64,000 bases of DNA, taken from assembly GCA_964035545.1 (NCBI GenBank), contig OZ037773.1, positions 277,751 through 341,750 of the forward strand. Reading direction: 5' to 3'. The notes under the pieces were generated by a model. That model worked only from the letters and a program-made list of their open reading frames with translations. It did no database searches and was not told the DNA's origin. Position 1 is the stretch's first letter. Each line of letters begins with the position of its first letter. The stretch comes from Bugula neritina. Taxonomy: Eukaryota > Animalia > Bryozoa. The position numbers were made by a program, and so were the translations under genes. Shown here one piece after another: positions 60,303 through 64,000 of this stretch.

Positions 60303-61436
60303 TCATCCGCACACTATTTTGCAGACATTTCTGCAGTTTCCCCATCCGCCAATACGTCTGCCGTCAGAGGCAGATCTTTTCTTTGCAATCTGTGATAATA
60401 TAGTCATGTTATATATCATATAGAGCTGGTATAATATAGTCATGTTATATATCATATAGAGCTGGTATAACATAGTCATGTTATATATCATATAGAGCTG
60501 GTATAACATAGTCATGTTATATATCATATAGAGCTGGTATAATATAGTCATACTATATATCATATAGAGCTGGTATAACATAGTCATACTATATATCATA
60601 TAGAGCTGGTATAACATAGTCATACTATATATCATATAGAGCTGGTATAACATAGTCATACTATATATCATATAGAGCTGGTATAATATAGTCATATTAT
60701 ATATCATATAGAGCTGGTATTACATAGTCATGTTATATATCATAATATAGAGCTGATATAACTTAGTCATGCTATATATCATATAGAGCTGGTATAACAT
60801 AGTCATACTATATATCATATAGAGCTGGTATTACATAGTCATGTTATATATCATAATATAGAGCTGATATAACATAGTCATGCTATATATCATATAGAGT
60901 TGGTAGTTGGCTGTCGTAAGGCTTATAAAGTAATAACAGATGCTAAAGGATGGGTATCCTGGGAGTACTACACCAAGGTTAATGCATTGAACAAAGCATT
61001 GCTTTCCATTAGACTAATATTATAGAATTATTGTATTTTCTGAGTGCTTCAACTTACTCTTAGAATGTAAAGCAAGCCTTAAACTTTTAATAAGTTTTTG
61101 GAACAAAGTATATCATGCAGCTACGTTGCTCCTGCAACTTACCACGACATTTTTCTGTTTAGACTTCTGTATTATTTCTTTCACAACTAGATTATTAAAG
61201 TTGCTCTTTAATTTAGGTTCCTTAGTAGTAACACTGCTAAGTGAGTCTGGACAAGTATGCCCCCTGTGCGCCAGCCACATCCATGCAAAACAGGTAGATT
61301 GTAGAAGGAGAACCAAGGCCAATATAAGAGAAAGATATCGAAAGATTTGGGAGGTTTTGCAACCCGTTCCTTGCTGAATGTTCAACTTGTTATATGGTTC
61401 TGAGGGAAGCAGTTTATATGAGTCCAAAGAAGCCAT
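60303..61436 (-). CDS. Orphan 126-aa protein: signal-anchor helix, spacer, dibasic sites and a short Cys-containing C-terminal peptide
   Basis: Exon 61436-61143 (acceptor ttttgcag just before the ATG, donor GTAAGT) joins in frame to exon 60389-60303 (IAKKRSASDGRRIGGWGNCRNVCKIVCG*). Hydrophobic stretch YLSLILALVLLLQSTCFAWMWLA. Confidence 0.6.
60395..60905. repeat. 36-bp minisatellite abutting the acceptor of the orphan gene's last exon
   Basis: tatatcatatagagctggtataacatagtcatgtta units. Confidence 0.92.
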
Positions 61437-62084
61437 CTTTCTGCAAAAGTAAATATAAAGTTATATTAATATTATGAACAGGTAAACTAATAAAACATAA
61501 GTTGTGTTGTTTGAACAGATCTGAAGTAAAGAAGCCAAAGGAATACTTACAATGTTCTGCATTGAACTGAAAAGATGACATCTTTCAGATGCTATGTATA
61601 AAATTCCACCACCCTTACTACTTTCATACACACCGAGCCCCTGTTGTCACAATTATGATAGGCTTGTTGTTTAGTTGCTATGACAACAAAGGAATTTATC
61701 AACATGAATACTGCAGGTCTCCTGTCGTGTTAAATCTGCTATCAACTCCTGTAACTGCAGGCTATATGTTATGTACTCATTAGCCAATTGTACTCAAAAA
61801 AATACGACTGAATTCTTAGTAGTTGTGATTCGATATGCTGAAAGGGGTTGACTTGAGAGAAGTTGCATAATTATACCTAAAATACAAATTAGTAAAAGAA
61901 TATAATAATACATTAATCTACAATTCCAATTAATATTTGGAGTGCTTCCATATCATTCTTTTGTTATGTGAATACTGACTCAGCATTTTGCTATCAACAA
62001 AACAAACTAGTGTATTAATTAGTCTCGCCAAAACTTTCCAATTTCTAATTCATTGTATTTGCAAGCATCATCTATAGGCTGTCT

Positions 62085-62308
62085 TATTATTTATACATGA
62101 CTTACTAGCTAGCTATATTATTTATACATGACCTACTAGCTAGCTATATTATTTATACATGACCTACTAGCTAGCTATATTATTTATACATGACCTACTA
62201 GCTAGCTATATTATTTATACATGACCTACTAGCTAGCTATATTATTTATACATGACCTACTAGCTAGCTATATTATTTATACATGACCTACTAGCTAGCT
62301 ATATTATT
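62085..62308. repeat. 31-bp minisatellite
   Basis: tattatttatacatgacctactagctagcta, about 7 copies. Confidence 0.92.
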
Positions 62309-64000
62309 TTAAAATACTGCACAAGTTCATAAGAAAGTTCTATATGTTGTCTTCCCAATACCTGCTGGTATGCATTACAGAGAACAGATTTTGTACTGCA
62401 GCTTTACATTATATTTTGAATTGTCAGAAATACACAACGTAGAGGTATGGTACAGTCTCACAGAATCTTCTCTTGCACCCTGCAGTAGCTATATATCATT
62501 TACTATCTGAGTTCTAGGTTAACTAGGTTTGGTAGATCTCAGGGTGGTGCAACATTAGATGAGTCTCCTCTCTGGTGCTGATTGGAAGGCTGCACTAGGA
62601 GAAAATTTGCTCGCCCTGTGTGGATGCCATGTTGTGAAATTGTTGAACGGTCAGTTTGGAAAGTTTCTGCAGATGTAATCTAAGAGGCTGATTATTATTG
62701 AATAAGGCCACTTTCACGTTTCGCATATGCATTTTTAACACTTTTTGATAATTTAGTTTTTCATCTTTAAAGTGAGCAAAACACAAATGCATTCAACAGA
62801 TGCTGCAAGGAAGCGGAGACGTAACTGGGGAAGCAAAAGCTCTGTAGGCCAGCATGCAGTAAAGTTAAATGCATTAATGTCATTAGCTAGTAAATTTCCA
62901 CTCCAGCTGACAAGGCATTGTGTGGAAGGGGTAGGTAGTTCCTGCAGCAGATTGTCATGCCATCTGTCTAATTTGAATCCCCGCCAAGACCTACCTTTCA
63001 CCAGACTTTCTGACAATATAAGTAATTAAGCTTGATGAGTTGCCAAAGGGCAGATAAGTCTAACCTGTATACAGCTACTAACCTGCCTATTCAGGAGTTG
63101 TGTGTTCTGTAATATTTTGGTATGGTTTATGCCAGGGATGTAGTGGCAAAAATATTCTTGGCCATACTCTCAGGCCGGGGGTCCAGGGGGCCGCCTAGGC
63201 CCCCGGCGGGGTCCGGGGCAGCGCCCCGGCCGCCGAAGCCCTCAGAGCGCTTCTGATGCAAATTTATGCAATTTAAAGCCATTGTGAATTCTAATTCTAC
63301 TGAAAAAAATCTGTGTTGAAATGTGCACCTCACTATTATTTTCATACCATACCAGCTACATGACGACTGGGCATTGCTGCAAACTATATAAATATTCAGT
63401 ATTGTCCCATACCTGTTGACTGTAATTTTAAATGTAGTCTTACTCAATTGACACTAAGTCCAACCTGTACAGAAAAATTGCTGAAGATCTCAAAAAGATG
63501 GAAGGATAGAGACAGGTAACAAGTGCTCTTCAAATGTAACCTGATTACTTCAAATATCTAATACACTGACGTGCACAGAAAAAGAATTATAGAACAGAAC
63601 AGAGGAAGATTGCAAATTAGAAAATGTGTGTTGGTTATTTATAAAGAGCAATTTGAATTGATAACTCATTGGCAAGCAGAAATTGGTTGAAAACCTAGTT
63701 GGAGTTTATTAGAGTATACTAGTCTAATCCATAAGGAGATACCACCGCACCTCCTTGCACACAATAAAGCACACCAAAGAAGAGTATGTTAACTTGGTTT
63801 TAAAGTAAAACCCCTGAGCTTTCACTAGACACATCAAGGAAATATACCCAAAAGAACAAATTTGACAGGTTCAATATGTGTTAACCTAGAAGATGATTAA
63901 ATGTAAAGCCAGACGTTAGTACAATCAAACATAAAAGATTACTTATGGTGGTGTACAGTTTGCAAAACCTCATTGCATTGATAATTAACATGGAATAACA

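Noticed and set aside
62310-63070. Possible decayed leucine-rich-repeat exon on the minus strand
   Set aside because: Only scattered LxxLxL-like fragments among many stops; cannot be supported without a search.
63170-63250. GC-rich, G-quadruplex-like patch
   Set aside because: Most likely a short transposon remnant; no boundaries or function supportable.

Overview
AT-rich, intron-containing DNA from an animal genome, probably an invertebrate (inferred from gene and repeat content). Host genes reconstructed from splice sites: the 3' end of an F-type-lectin-like gene (+), GTF3A/TFIIIA (-, 8 coding exons, 8 C2H2 fingers), TRMT61A (-, 5 coding exons), an EHD-family ATPase (+, 9 exons) and an orphan 126-aa membrane-anchored peptide-precursor-like gene (-). 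Between GTF3A and TRMT61A lie three full-length LTR retrotransposons. Two are related tRNA-Leu-primed Gypsy elements that carry an extra zinc-finger module after integrase. The third is a compact element whose primer-binding site is the exact complement of the 5'-terminal 12 nt of tRNA-Phe, not a tRNA 3' end; this is the most unusual signal in the window. TRMT61A intron 3 contains an R2-type retroposon, clipped at both ends inside a minisatellite, that still carries the core of an HDV-like ribozyme. The rest includes MITEs/palindromes, a tRNA-derived SINE, a decayed LINE and many minisatellites, often abutting splice junctions. All calls were made by eye; no database search was run.
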